Below are positions 13,297 to 25,951 of a DNA stretch of 64,000 nt, in pieces (the first letter of the stretch is position 1; each line of letters starts with the position of its first letter). The stretch is from Octopus vulgaris (lineage: Eukaryota): assembly GCA_951406725.2 (NCBI GenBank), contig OX597825.1:10850001-10914000 (forward strand), written 5' to 3'. Below the pieces are notes generated by a model. The model saw nothing but the letters and a program-made list of their open reading frames with translations, had not been told where the DNA came from and did not search any database. Both the position numbers and the translations under genes were made by a program.

Positions 13297-14564
13297 CATT
13301 AGTTAAGTTTAGGTAAGAGATGAAACAATAGTCATACTATTTTAAAGCCAGTTCTCTCTGATGAAAGACAGAATTGTTGGAAAAAATAAGAAATTTTCAA
13401 AACGCAGTAGCAATCTGTAACTCAGAATGAATGTGTATGTGTTTGTGTTTGTGTGTGTGTGTGTGTGTGTGCGTGCGAGTGTGTGTGTGTGTGTGTTGCA
13501 CAATTTGCTGTTGCTAGCCTTCCATACTTGTTTCTTTCTGTTAGTCTTTTATCCACCCACGCACAGTCAAATATAACCACACAAACATTAACTCTATGAA
13601 AATCTCGGCGCCCATTCAGTTTGGGCTTAACCAACCATTATTCATCTGTGAGATATAATTCTACAAGCCATCAGATTTACAGCTGAAACTGCCAAACAAC
13701 ATTCAGACTGGCCAATTTGCTTTATGTATACATTTACACCAAAGTAAAAACCAATCTAATATAGATCAAGTTTGTTTCTATTTTGATTGGTTATAACAGA
13801 CCAACTAGCAACCATCCCAAAGATTCTCTCCCAGAGCTTGTTTTGCAGTAGTATTTAAAAAGCTATGCTTAGAAATCAGCCTCCTGTGCAGAGTTTGACC
13901 ACCTCCTCAACCTACACCTTAGAACCATCATGGCATTTGAGATGGCTTTTAAAACCAGGCAATGTTCTGAAAAGACACCCACATAGATTGCATATCTTAT
14001 TTGAACCACCAAACTGATGTTTTGAAATGCATTGTTTAAAAACTGCTATGAAGAGAATTTGGCTGCTATTTCCTGCAAGGCGATTGACTGCTTAGATGTG
14101 CCTAAATTTTCTTTTTGCTTGTCTAGTAACTAGAAACTAGACATAAGTTTATTTAATGTCATAATAAAATATTTTGATTACATTTATACTTGTACAGCCA
14201 CCATTCGCACACACACACACCATTATTACAATTACTTTTGAGTAACAATGGTTGATATGTGAAAAATGTTTTCAGATGATCTTTGTCATAACTGATGTTA
14301 AAACAACTTCATTTTTCTTCTGTTGAAAGCAAACTAAACCCAAACATTTTAATAAAGGACTCGAACATTTTTCATTGATGTTTAGTCTCAGGTCAGCTTT
14401 AATCAAACAAACCCATGATCAAAAGCATTCCAGCTGTAACCATCTTATTTCTCTTCCTGGTGGGGTGGGGGTGGGGCTCAATATAGGATTGTGTGATCCT
14501 GTATACGTCCATTCCTTATCTAAAGTATTAGGATTGTAATTAGAGGGCAACCTCTACTAATATA

Positions 14565-15392
14565 TCTCACGTCAACATCAACAGCAATATCAAAATCAAA
14601 TCAAATGGAAATTGTAGTTGTGAGCCCCGTGTCGATAGCATGTAGAAAGTACCATCCGGATGTGGCCGATGCCAGTGCCGCTTTGACTGGCTTCCATTCC
14701 GGTGGCACGTAAAAAGCGCCATCCGATCGTAGTTGATGCCATCTCTGGCCCCTGTGCCGGTGGCACGTAAAAAGCGCCATCCGATCATGGTTGATGCCAT
14801 CTCTGGCCCCTGTGCCGATGGCATGTAAACAGCACCATCCGATCATGGTTGATACCATCTCTGGCCCCTGTGCCAGTGGCACGTAAAAAGCACCATCTGA
14901 TCGTGGTTGAGGCCATCTCTGGCCCCTGTGCCAGTGGCACGTAAACAGCACCATCCGATCGTGGTTGATACCATCTCTGGCCCCTGTGCCAGTGGCACAT
15001 AAAAGGCGCCATCCAATCGTGGTTGATGCCATCTCTGGCCCCTGTGCCGGTGGCACGTAAAAAGCACCATCCGACTGTGGTTGATGCCATCTATGGCCCC
15101 TATGCTGGTGGCATGTAAAAAGCACCATCCGATCGTGGTTGATGTCATCTCTGGCCCCTGTGCTGGTGGCACGTAAACAGCACCATCCCATCGTGGTTGA
15201 TGCCATCTCTGGCCCCTGTGCTGGTGGCACGTAAAAAGCACCCACTACACTCTCGGAGTGGTTGGCGTTAGGAAGGGCATCCAGCTGTAGAAACACTGCC
15301 AGATCAGATTGGGGTCTGGTGCAGCCTCCTAGCTTCCCAGACCCCGGTTGAACCATCCAAACCATGCCAGCATGGAAAACGGGCATTAAACG
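14565..15392 (+). mobile_element. RTE LINE 3' UTR containing an expanded 58-bp array
   Basis: Matches the RTE 3' UTR; array at 14701-15222. Confidence 0.8.
14701..15242 (+). repeat. Minisatellite: 9 x 58 bp plus terminal motif
   Basis: Unit GGTGGCACGTAAAAAGCACCATCCGATCGTGGTTGATGCCATCTCTGGCCCCTGTGCC starting at 14701, 14759, ... 15165; final motif at 15223. Confidence 0.95.
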
Positions 15393-16249
15393 GACATGAG
15401 ATTGTACTTGATTTTATTATCTCTACTAAGCAATTGCTTATCATCATCATCATCATCATCATTTAACTTCCGTTGTCCATGCTGGCATGAGTTGGATGGT
15501 TTGACCAAGGCTGGTCAGCTGAGGGACTGTACCAGACTCCAGTCTTATTCTGCTTAATCTATTAGAAATACTACACAGATTTCTCTTAAGTCAAATCAGA
15601 TGGGTTTTTTTAACAGAAAGGACACATTTGATAGCCTGGTCTTAATACACTAAGCCTGAAAAAAATGACAACAAGTATGTTGTATGGTCAAGTCAAGGAT
15701 GATTTTGATGAGAGATCAAGAGCTATGAGAGAAAGTGTAGGCAGTGCAGCTGGATCACAGATTCATAGAAGGAAGTAGAATGCAAAACAAACTTTGTGTC
15801 TCCTTGACAAACTCCTCTCAGCTAAAAAACCATAATGTTATCTACAAAAAAAAAGCAATGAAAAAGAAAGAAACTCAAAATTCACAAAATGAAAAAGAAA
15901 TACTTCCATCTTTCAATTTATCCTCATCCTTTTCATCTTATCTCCTCCTTTTATGCTGGAATCATTTTTTATAGCTTGAGTCACTTTTTATTTGGAGTTA
16001 CAACCATTTCCCCACTCCCAGATGAAGTGTGGATAATGTCTCACCTGTATCATATTATATTATGATCTGATCTCTATCACTGGGTGCTCTTCCTAGCATC
16101 ATCCACTTTACAAAGTGTATTCAGCTTATTTTATCACAGCACCAGCACTAAAGAGGTTGCCTTGTCTCTTACAAGACCAAAGCCTTCTGAGTGGATTTGG
16201 TAGACAGAAACTAAAAAGAAGCCTGTCGTATATATGTATATATATATAT

Positions 16250-17349
16250 TGTTGTGAATGGTCAGGGACACTTCTATGACCTACTTTTCTTAGGGAGGAG
16301 TCTGGAAGTCTGGAATAAAAAGTTATAGCCCTTTGTTTTGGGAAGAGTAATGGCCTGTGGAGGGACCTTTGGCCTTGTGCTGGTCGAGAAGGGGTCAGAG
16401 AGATGTGAGGAAGAAGAAAGTAGTGAGGAAGACATATTAAGGAATCTGTGAGCTGTCGTGAGAGAGTGACAGCGACAGCGTCGATGAAGATAAGCACATA
16501 GGACCAAGCGGCGATAGAGAGAATATTAGAGCAGAGAGAGATTGAGGGTGGTGACAGAGCAAGAGGCCTTTAGCAGTCGGTATTTGGTCGTCAAAGCGAG
16601 CGGTTGGACTTAGGAGCGAGGATTTGGGATTCGGGGCAAGAGTTTGGCAAGTTGGAGTTAGCGGCACTGAGAGAGATGAGGTGCAATATGGGACACTGGC
16701 CATTCTAGTAGGAATTAAGGTACGTGAATTGTGTATTGATATGTGAAGAAAAAGAAGGAAAAAGAATCGATGTATCAAAATGTTGAAAAGAAATGAGACA
16801 GTGAAAAGAACAATGTGAATTGAGTAAAGGACTTGTTGATGTGTTGATTATCGAGTTGTGGTATTTATGTTCAGAATTATTGTGGAAAAGAAAGACTCTG
16901 ATGTAGTCCTTAAAGACCTTAAAGAACTGTGAACGTTATTTGTTTTAATTGGATTTGAACATTGATTTGTAACGTGAATTATTTGTGACATGAACATTGT
17001 ATACCTGTTTCTTGCATGTGTTTTCTTTAATTGCTGTTGTTATTGAACTTGATGTGTTGTTACCGGACAGTTTAAATGCTTTGATCTGTGGTATACCTGT
17101 ATGATGTATTGAGTTGTTACTTGCATGTCCTCTTTTAAATGTATCTGAAATGTATTTGTTGTTGTAACAATTGTAATAGTCATATAAACTAGTTGTTAAA
17201 CGTGGCCAATTGCCTTGCCTCTTTGTGTCTCTCTCGATTGCCTCTGTGCTGCTGCTGCTGCTGTTGTTGTTGTATCTCTCTCTCCTCTTCGAGTTTCCGT
17301 GGCGAAAACATTCGCTGATCGACCGGGTGACGGCAGGTGGTCCGCAACA
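16250..17349. mobile_element. Probable solo LTR (1100 bp) inserted in the TA tract of a SINE A
   Basis: Termini TGTTGTG..CGCAACA; ATATAT on both sides; SINE A halves at ~16170-16249 and 17350-17592 are continuous once it is removed. Confidence 0.7.
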
Positions 17350-18136
17350 ATATATATATATGTGTGTGTGTGTGTGTTTGTGCATCTGTGTTTGTTCCCC
17401 TAGCATTGCTTGACAACCAATGCTGGTGTGTTTATGTCCCCGTTACTTAGCGGTTCAGCAAAAAGAGACCGATAGAATAAGTACTGGGCTTACAAAAGAA
17501 TAAGTCCCGGGGTCGAGTTGCTCGATTAAAGGCGGTGCTCCAGCATGGCCACAGTCAAATGACTGAAACAAGTAAAAGAGTAAAAGAGTAAAGGAATGAA
17601 AGTGATGAGAGATAATAGTTTCCTTATTCTCTTCAACTTCTTACCTTAATTTTGATATATTCATCATGTTTGATTTTTTTTTTTTCATTTCTGAATGTTT
17701 GAAAATAATATGTTTACTCCAACACAATATGATCAGCTTTTTATTTCACTGAATGTTTAATATAGAAACCAACAGTTAAGGTTACAAGGGTATTTGAGGT
17801 TTTAAAACTACAAGTCGGGCCTCTTAAGTTTGATAACCTTGGGACCTGGCCTTTGTTGAATCACAGAAAAATACTGGAAAACAGAAATTGGTCCCTAACG
17901 AGATTCCCTATGTGAATATAGTCCTGCTATTTCGCTCTGAATATATACTAATTTCAAATTTTGACACAAGGCCAGCAATTTCAAGGGAGGGGATAAATGA
18001 ATTACATCAACCCCTGTGCTCAACTGGTACTTATTTTATTGACCCTGAAGGAGATGGAAAGCAAAACTGACCTCAGCAGAATTTGAACTCAGAATGTAAA
18101 GATGGACAAAATGCTTAGCAGCATTTTGTCCCACAT

Positions 18137-18657
18137 GCTTCTGATCTTAAATGATTGGAAGTGTTATCATGTACATTGTTTTGTCTTGGTATAAAAGATG
18201 GGCTATAGTAAATACTCTGCTCAATACCACAGATTTGCTTGTGAGTTGTTTGACCTTAACCAGTTGAGCATGTCCCTTAGTGGCTGACGATATGTGCATC
18301 TCTGATCACGAGCAGAAGTAGAGGGGTAGCATCATAGCCATGTGTTGAAAGGAATTCTTGGAGGTTTGGATAATTCACCTTCGGAAACATGGGTGTTTTG
18401 TTCAACATCCTTAAACAACCCTTATTCAGGGACCTTTTGAGCAGGATGGGTTACTCGACCAGAAGAAAATTCTAACTGGGCCCCACCTGCAAGGTCATGT
18501 GCTGTTTATCTTGATATGAGGTCACCATGTCGCGCACATATGGTTGCGATGCATGTGCCTAGTGTACCCTTATCAGACGGGTAGTCATGATGGGTATACT
18601 GGGCTTCGTATATTTTACCCCAGTGTCACTTTGATGGCATGCACTGCTCTCTCACTC
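18137..18657 (+). mobile_element. Family D element (slightly 5'-truncated)
   Basis: Matches 51755-52302; ends CTCTCTCACTC(AAT)n. Confidence 0.75.
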
Positions 18658-18676
18658 AATAATAATAATAATAATA

Positions 18677-18714
<38 letters not shown>

Positions 18715-19099
18715 AATAATTCGATGCCCCAGCATGGCAACAGTTCAATCACTGAATTGAGTAAAAAAAAAAAAAAATGGATAATAGTTATGGGAATTTT
18801 TTAAAATTCAATGAAACAAAAGGTTCAGAAAAAATTCCTTGTCAACGACTAATTATTTGGTTGAGTTTATTTTGGGAGGAAATAAAGGAAGACTTTGTGA
18901 AAAAAAAAAAGTAGGGGAAACAAAAGGAAATAAAACAAAGAGAAAATGAAAATAAAACAAAGAGAATAATACTGTAAAAACAATAAAACAAAAGGCGTTG
19001 TCAAGTTTGTGTAATTAACAGAACAACGGAATTGCAGAATTATAGAATGATAAGTTCGGTGAAACCACATGGGAATAAAGAACGATGAGTGAGAGATAT

Positions 19100-19402
19100 T
19101 CCAGAATGTGACATCACCTGGCATCAGCAGCAGCGGTAGCACCAGCAGGAGGGGGGGGAGGGGGCTGAGGAATTTGTATTTGTTTCTTGCATTTTCTGCC
19201 TCACCACTCAGAGGAGAACAAGTGATTTTCACTTTGCTCAGACATCGGGTTGTCGTCGTTTCATTAATATCTCATTTATCGAACACCCCCCCAACACTAT
19301 TTCATTACTATGTGAGAGGACAAGAAGGAAGTACTTAGTAGTTAAAAATAATAGTATTTATTATTAACTAGTAAACTATTAAATAAAGGCGACGAGGTAA
19401 GG
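19100..19402 (+). promoter_or_regulatory. Candidate promoter and non-coding first exon of the TPRG1L-like gene
   Basis: Unique sequence with CRE-like TGACATCA (~19109), G-rich box, and strong donor GAG|GTAAGG (GT at 19397); candidate acceptors TTTCTTTCAG (~20131) and TCTCTACAG (20225) upstream of the ATG. Confidence 0.4.
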
Positions 19403-19965
19403 AAGTCTGCTTTGTTGATTTACGCATGTTTCTTTCTACATGGCGAGGCCCCCTTCTCTCTCTCTCTCTCTCTCTCTCTAACTAAGGTGCACCCACAACT
19501 TAGCAAGCAACTAAACTAAGTTTTATCTAGAAACGAAAGCTTAGTAAATTATCATAAATCGTGATGAGGTACATATTATGTCTCTCTTCGTCTTCTTTTG
19601 ACACACACAAACTAAAACAATAGAATTTAAATTTTTGACAAACATTAGATAATATAAGGCCTAAAGAAAATAGAGTCTTTTTTTTGTAAGATTATTTAAT
19701 TTATTTAAATAAACTTCATGTTTACTAGATCTTTCTCTCTCTCCCCGTGTATGTATATGTGTGTGTATGTATGTATATATATATGAGTATATATATATAT
19801 ATATGGGTATATGGGGAGTGTTATTGGCCTAGAAAATATTACCATCCTTAGGACACTGATGACTCAAGCCATTTTACCATTTACCAATTTTACCAATTCC
19901 AAACGCAATTCGTTACGTCTGTATACTAATGTAAATCCATCTCTCTCTGTGTATATAAATTTTAA

Positions 19966-20038
<73 letters not shown>

Positions 20039-20351
20039 CATACATACATGTATTGCTTCGTAATTCGTATCGATCTGTTCAACACGTGATCGAACCAATA
20101 TAGTAAACAATATGTTGACTTTTTCTTTCAGAAATGTGGGTGTATATAATAATGTATATTAATTCCGTAATGTCAATTTAGTTGTCATTTCCCAATTAAT
20201 ACTTTCTCCTTTGTTATCTCTACAGCTCTACTTATATATACATATATATATATATATACACACGCGCGACACTATACACACCCTCGTAGTGATCGTTGGT
20301 AGGTGACATTATAAAAAGAAGTCAGTGTACAACAGAAATCGTTTATTCAAA

Positions 20352-20720
20352 ATGATGACCGATGATAAATTCGTATCTGAATACCTGAGTGACGAACATC
20401 TGTCATCGGCAGACGAAAAGGAAGGTGAGTTTGTCGGTGCCACCCTAAGTTTGAAACCAACAGGTTCAGGTTACATCGGAGTACACACCTACCATGGCAG
20501 CACCAACGACGTTACGGATGGTCATCCGTTTATTAGAAACGAACAACATACACCGACCCCCATCGACAATCAAGCTATGGCCACTGACCCCAACCTCAAC
20601 AGAAGTCGACCAGGAAGTACGTACAGTCGAAGGAGTACTCTGAGTACGAGTAGCCGAACGTCCAAGAAACAGAACATTGTCCGGACGGATGAAGCATGCG
20701 ATTTATTTTTTAGTTACAAG
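20352..20720 (+). CDS. TPRG1L: First coding exon of TPRG1/TPRG1L (Mover, hSac2-domain)-like gene
   Basis: CAAA-ATG context; 123 codons of unique CpG-containing sequence; phase-0 donor AAG|GTAAGG at 20721; ends DLFFSYK, corresponding to EYFVFR of vertebrate TPRG1L as recalled. Confidence 0.85.
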
Positions 20721-21927
20721 GTAAGGCGATTTAAGATACCTGTCCACCACATATTCTTATGTTGTATTTCACGTTGACCTTATCTCCATGCCGCTCACAT
20801 TCATTCACCTTTATTTATCACAGCATAATTACCCCACTTTTAAATTATTCATATAACAATACATATACCCTTGTTTCCTTTCTATCTCATTTTTTCTCAT
20901 CTCATCTCATCTCATAGTTATTTATGCACACCTACACATCCGCTTTCTTTTTTCTTTCAGTTACCTTTCCGTTACATTATAGAAGTGGTTACGTATTTAT
21001 CAATATATCGATCCATTCAAAAGGGGGTCATGCGTTCGATAATAGGCGTGAAACCAAATATCTTAAGGATAGGGTAGCTGAAATGAGATGTTGTAGCATT
21101 AATGGTTTCCCCTCAGGTGAATAAACGATGAAAAATACTGTGAAAGGCCATAACCAGAAAAATACATATATATATATATATATATATAAAAAGAAGGTGG
21201 TGCGGGTCCTTCGATCCGTCCTAAGTTTACTTTTACTGAACATTACTGTTAATATATTATAATATAATGGTCTGAAATATTGCCATTGTAGCTGAAAGGT
21301 AAACAGAGGTGCTGAGGTATGCAATTATATATCAGTCTTAGAACTTAATTTCATTGATTGTATAAAGAACAACCAGGAAGTAAAAACATAAAGGGGGCAA
21401 TACTTTCCTTTTATTACACAGCAAACTGAGTATTGAAGTTTCTAGCTGCATTTAGCTAGGTCTGCATATATTTACAAAGCACAAGTTGTTCGCATGTGTT
21501 CTTACAGTAAAGTTTACCTCATGGAATTTTCGTACAAGGGTGATTTGTCCTCTGTGACTCATCAACGACCACTACTACAACCGCCTTTGCTCATCTCAAC
21601 CTGCCAGTCATAACATCGCTTCCACCCAAGCATCTCGTTGCACTCGCATTCCACATAATTTTTTTTTTTACGTCACTTCAGCCGTGACTCACTTGCCAGA
21701 CCCGATGCCAAGCATTACTCGTTTGGCCAATCTTCGGTTACTGGGGGGAACCACCAGCTGAACGAGTATACAAGACAACCGCCATGTGTTACATCAGTGT
21801 CATTGGTAATTGGTTTCTGCAATAAATCAATACTGGTACTTCAGAAAATAAAACGCAAAAACCCAAATCCTACGTTGAAATTATTTCTAATCAAATGTTT
21901 CGTAAATGAATGAAATAAGATGAAGGC

Positions 21928-22130
21928 GAACCAACGAAGGATCATCTTGGTGGTCGTTCTACCTGCTAGAAATCGCAGCCAAATTGCCCACAAACCACAC
22001 CCTGCTATCTTAAGTAAGACTACGTTAGGTAATGTCTTACATACCACTAAAACTACAGGTTGGTCACGGTTAGTATGATTTCGATTATAGATCTGTTCAA
22101 CCAGGCTGACCTGATTAATCAACTACAACA
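21928..22130 (+). mobile_element. Old short interspersed repeat with (CAA)n tail
   Basis: CCTGCTAGAAATCGCAGCCAAA core; degraded reverse copies near 3600-3990, 8230-8400, 14370-14550, 29270-29360, 46680-46800, 48810-48975. Confidence 0.6.
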
Positions 22131-22615
22131 AGCAGAATGCCAGATACTGTCGTGAAAATTATTACTTAGAAATATTGACTCATGGATTGACAAAATCGTT
22201 TGAACATTCGACTTTGGTGTTGTGGCCTTTAGTTTATGGACCTCTACATTCTTATTTCAAATCCTGCCAAAATTAATTTTACTTTTCATCCCTCTGAGTT
22301 ACTATTTTGTTAACTCAGTACCAGTTAAATACTGGGGGGTTTGTGTAATATTTCTATAAAGCATCCTAGATGTAAATGGAATTATAATGAGCAGACATTG
22401 TATATAGGTCCATAACAGTGTTTAATTATGGTCTGAGTACAAATTCCATCAGGGTGAATTTTTTACCTTTCGTTCGTTTGAGATCATAGAGTATCATTCA
22501 TATTTTAGATGATTCAAAGGACTATCTGTCCTCTATAAGTTTGACCTTGTACACCAAAATGTGCAAAGTCATTTATTTTGTCTGTATGTAGTTTCACTGT
22601 ATAAAAACTGACTAC

Positions 22616-23110
22616 ATCATCATCATCATCGTTAAACGTCCGCTTTCCATGCTAGCATGTGTTGGACGATTTGACTGAGGTCTGGCGAACCAGACTCCAA
22701 TCTGATCTGGCAGTGTTTCTACAGCTGGATGCCCTTCCTAACGCTAACCACTCCAAGAGTGTAGTAGGTTCTTTTACGTGCCACCGGCACAAGGGCCAGT
22801 TAGGTGGTACTGGCAACGGCCACGCTCAAATGGTGCTTTTTATGTGCCATCTACACAGGAGCCAGTCCAGCAGCACCGGCAACGACCTCACTCAAATGCT
22901 TTTTTCACACGCCACCAGCACAAGTGCTAGTAAGGTGACACAGGTAATGATCACGCACAAATGGTGTTTTTAATGTGCCATCGGCACGAAGGCCAGCTTG
23001 TTGCTATGGCAACAATCTCACTCGAATGGTACTCTTAGCACTCCACTAGCAACGGATGCCAGTCACTGAGTTTGATTTCGATTTTACTTGTCTCAACAGG
23101 TCTTTGAAGT
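22616..23110 (-). mobile_element. RTE LINE 3' UTR fragment
   Basis: (CAT)n, GGATGCCCTTCCTAACG, several TTTACGTGCCACC-like motifs. Confidence 0.8.
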
Positions 23111-23472
23111 CCACACTTATAATATGGTTGGTGGCAGGAAGGGCAACCAGCCGTTAAAACCACAGGGAAACAAAGGACAAACATGTATGCACACTCTGTT
23201 GCTATATAAAGAAATACAGGCCTAGGTGAAGGTAGATTAATACTTTGCTACACAATTTACTCTGTGAAAAGAATTGCTGAACAAGACTTATTGATCCTTT
23301 CTATGCAATGCACCTGAACATTGCATACAATAGGCTCGTTATTATTATTATTGTTTTTGCTTCTGGTTGTTAATGATAAAGACAATGATAATACCATTAT
23401 ACATAATAGAAGCAATATTAAATTAAAATAGCCATCTATGCATCATACTTAATGTATATGCATCGTTAAGAG

Positions 23473-23725
23473 CAGGGCTGATTCTAGGAATTGCAGGGCC
23501 CAATTTGAGAATTGTCAGTGGGGCCCTCCTCTCTACAAAAGCTGAAGATTGATGTTTCATGCTTCATATCCCAACCAAAAGGCATTGAGGGCTTGAGGCT
23601 TTAGCATCTTAGCCACAATGATATACCAAAAAGTCATCATAGCATCATCTGCTTGAGCATGAGCATGGAACACTCTCTTGGAATAGGGCTCAATTTGAAT
23701 AAATCTGCTTTAAAACCGGCCCTTG
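23473..23725. mobile_element. hAT-like MITE
   Basis: Termini CAGGGCTGATT / AACCGGCCCTTG; imperfect 8-bp TSD GTTAAGAG / GTTAACAG. Confidence 0.55.
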
Positions 23726-24161
23726 GTTAACAGGCGAGTTACAGTGGTATTTGTCTGAGGTGACACCTCTTACGAATGTACTGTGTTTAAAAATAATATA
23801 TATTAGAAGGAGATGATAAAGCATCCCTGCATCAGCTAGGAAGGACACCAGATGCAGGAAGATGTGAGATGAAGTAGTGAATGTTGAGTCTCCTTGAGGA
23901 AATGGCAGAGAACCAAGAGGAATGGCAATAAGCTTTGCTTGAGAAGACTTGTTCATCTCAGCAAAATTGAGGTCCTGTCAAACACCCCCCTACAACTCCT
24001 CCTCTAACATCCGTCCCTCCATCAAGACTATAACACTGGGCCCATATGTTGAATTCTGTCAAACCACCAGGAAAGTGGACATAAAAATCATAATGATAAT
24101 GTGTGTGTGTATGTCATTTGTCTGCCATCTTCCAGCCCTTGTGCCTCTTGTCTTTGAAGGA

Positions 24162-24660
24162 TCATCATCATCATCATCATCATCATTTAACGTCCGCTTT
24201 CCATGCTAGCATGGGTTGGACGGTTCAACTGGGGTCTGGGGAGCCCGAAGGCTGCACCAGGCCAGTCAGATCTGGCAGTGTTTCTACAGCTGGATGCCCT
24301 TCCTAACGCCAACCACTCCGAGAGTGTAGTGGGTGATTTTATGTGCCACCGACACAGGTGCCAGACGAGGCTGGCGAACGGCCACGCTCGGATGGTGTTT
24401 TTATGTGCCACCGACACAGGTGCCAGACGAGGCTGGCGAACGGCCACGCTCGGATGGTGTTTTTATGTGCCACCGACACAGGTGCCAGACAAGGCTAGCA
24501 GACGACCACGCTCGGATGGTGTTTTTTATGTGCCACCGACACAGGAGCCAGATTAGGCTGGCGATCGGCCACGATCGGATGGTGATTGTTACGTGCCCAC
24601 AGCATGGAGGCCAGTCGGTGCGGTACTGGCTACGGCCACATTCGGAGAGGGGATATTACC
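24162..24660 (-). mobile_element. RTE LINE 3' UTR with 4 x 62-63-bp units
   Basis: A(T/C)GTGCC restarts at 24341, 24403, 24465, 24528, 24591. Confidence 0.85.
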
Positions 24661-24984
24661 TTGCTTGGGAACTGGTGAGAGTTGGTGACAGGAAGAGCAC
24701 CCAACTGTTGAAAACCTGCCTCAGCAAATTCCATCTGATATATGCAACCATGAAAAAGTCAGTCTTAAATGATGATGATGGTGTGTGTGCATGCATGCAC
24801 ATGTCTGTATGCGTGTTGTGTGCATGAGTAAAAAAAATTTAATATTTTTGCTTCAAAAATTCCTTAGTGTTAAACAAGCTAAAAAAAGATCAAGAGATTA
24901 TTTTTTCTTTATATTGATAATTTCGGTGCTAATGGGTTAATGAAAGCATAATGTGTATTATAAATCATTTAATACTTGGTGAAC

Positions 24985-25215
24985 AGCGGTGAGCTGGCAG
25001 AATTGTTAGCACACCGGGCGAAATGCTTAGCGGTATTTCGTCTGCCGCTATGTTCTGAGTTCAAATTCCGCTGAGGTTGACTGTGCCTTTCATCCTTTCT
25101 GGGTTGATTAATTAAGTACCAGTTACGCACTGGGGTCGATGTAATCGACTTAATCTCTTTGTCTGTCCTTTGTCCCCCCTGTGTTTAGCCCCTCGTGGGC
25201 AATAAAGAAATAAGA
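24985..25215 (+). mobile_element. SINE family M
   Basis: Full head GCGGTGAGCTGGCAGAA to AAAGAAATAAG. Confidence 0.8.
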
Positions 25216-25908
25216 ATCAAAATGATGATTTGTATGTTTATTCTTAATACATTCTGGCAGATTCAAGCCTAAATATGCTAATCACTATTTTGTTTCATCA
25301 AAGAACTTCTCCTTTACAACAAAGGTGTGTTCATAACACAATTGATTCATTATCACAAGGGGATTCTGAGTCACCTGGTGTTTTAATTTTGTTGTACCTC
25401 ATCAGCCAAAGGCACCCCAGGCTGATGACTCTAACAAGAGTTTGTGGCTGTGTGTTCAGGACTTATTCAAAAGATATTAGCAGTGTAACTGAATGAGAGA
25501 GTTTTAACCAAGAGTTGAAACCATGTTATACTTTTAATCTTATCTGTTACCCTACAAGACTTGGGGATTGAATTTTTGCTTTTAGATGCCCTTTGAAACT
25601 GTGGCTGCAGCAGAGAAAGATATCTTCATTGTAGTAAGTTTAATCTCTATCTCTGTGAATCATTGAAATGACATTCAGTAATCAATAAGCAAATATTGAA
25701 TGTCATCCATTTAAGTTGTACAAAAACATTGATGTAAAACGTGAAGTATATTTGCCACTTAAATGTGGCTAATTGCTAAGGGTGGATGCTACTGTAGCTT
25801 GTAGCCCCAGGAGAACATCTTCTCCAGCTGGCAATTGACACACTTTCTGTGCCCTATCAGTATTTGCAAAGGGAAGCCATCCTTCCCATTATCGACCTGA
25901 TGTGATAC

Positions 25909-25951
25909 ACATGGACCCGGGTTTCTGGGTATTTACCCATCGTCAGTGCAC
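25909..25951 (-). ncRNA. Minimal type I hammerhead ribozyme motif, catalytic core intact
   Basis: Minus strand GTGCA CTGACGA TGGGT-AAAT-ACCCA GAAA C-CCGG-G TC CATGT: core boxes, 5-bp stem II, palindromic stem III, GUC site; stem I weak. Confidence 0.75.

Noticed and set aside
12772-13306. Long ORFs in multiple frames (poly-Asp/His, YVCM repeats)
   Set aside because: Stop-free microsatellite translation. The same applies to 53226-53698, 61479-61983 and the many SINE-derived ORFs.
14701-15242. CRISPR-like repeat-spacer array
   Set aside because: Linkers are near-identical rather than unique spacers, there are no cas genes, and the context is a eukaryotic retroelement UTR.
14601-15386. 261-aa repetitive ORF
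   Set aside because: Translation of the 58-bp minisatellite; the unit length is not a multiple of three.
20721-20777. C-terminal part of ORF 20325..20777
   Set aside because: Lies beyond a strong donor at 20721; homology continues in the exon at 56830 instead.
25399-25445. Hammerhead at CTGATGA-CTCT-AACA-AGAG and hairpin TCATCAGCC/GGCTGATGA
   Set aside because: No GAAA box or NUH site follows stem II.
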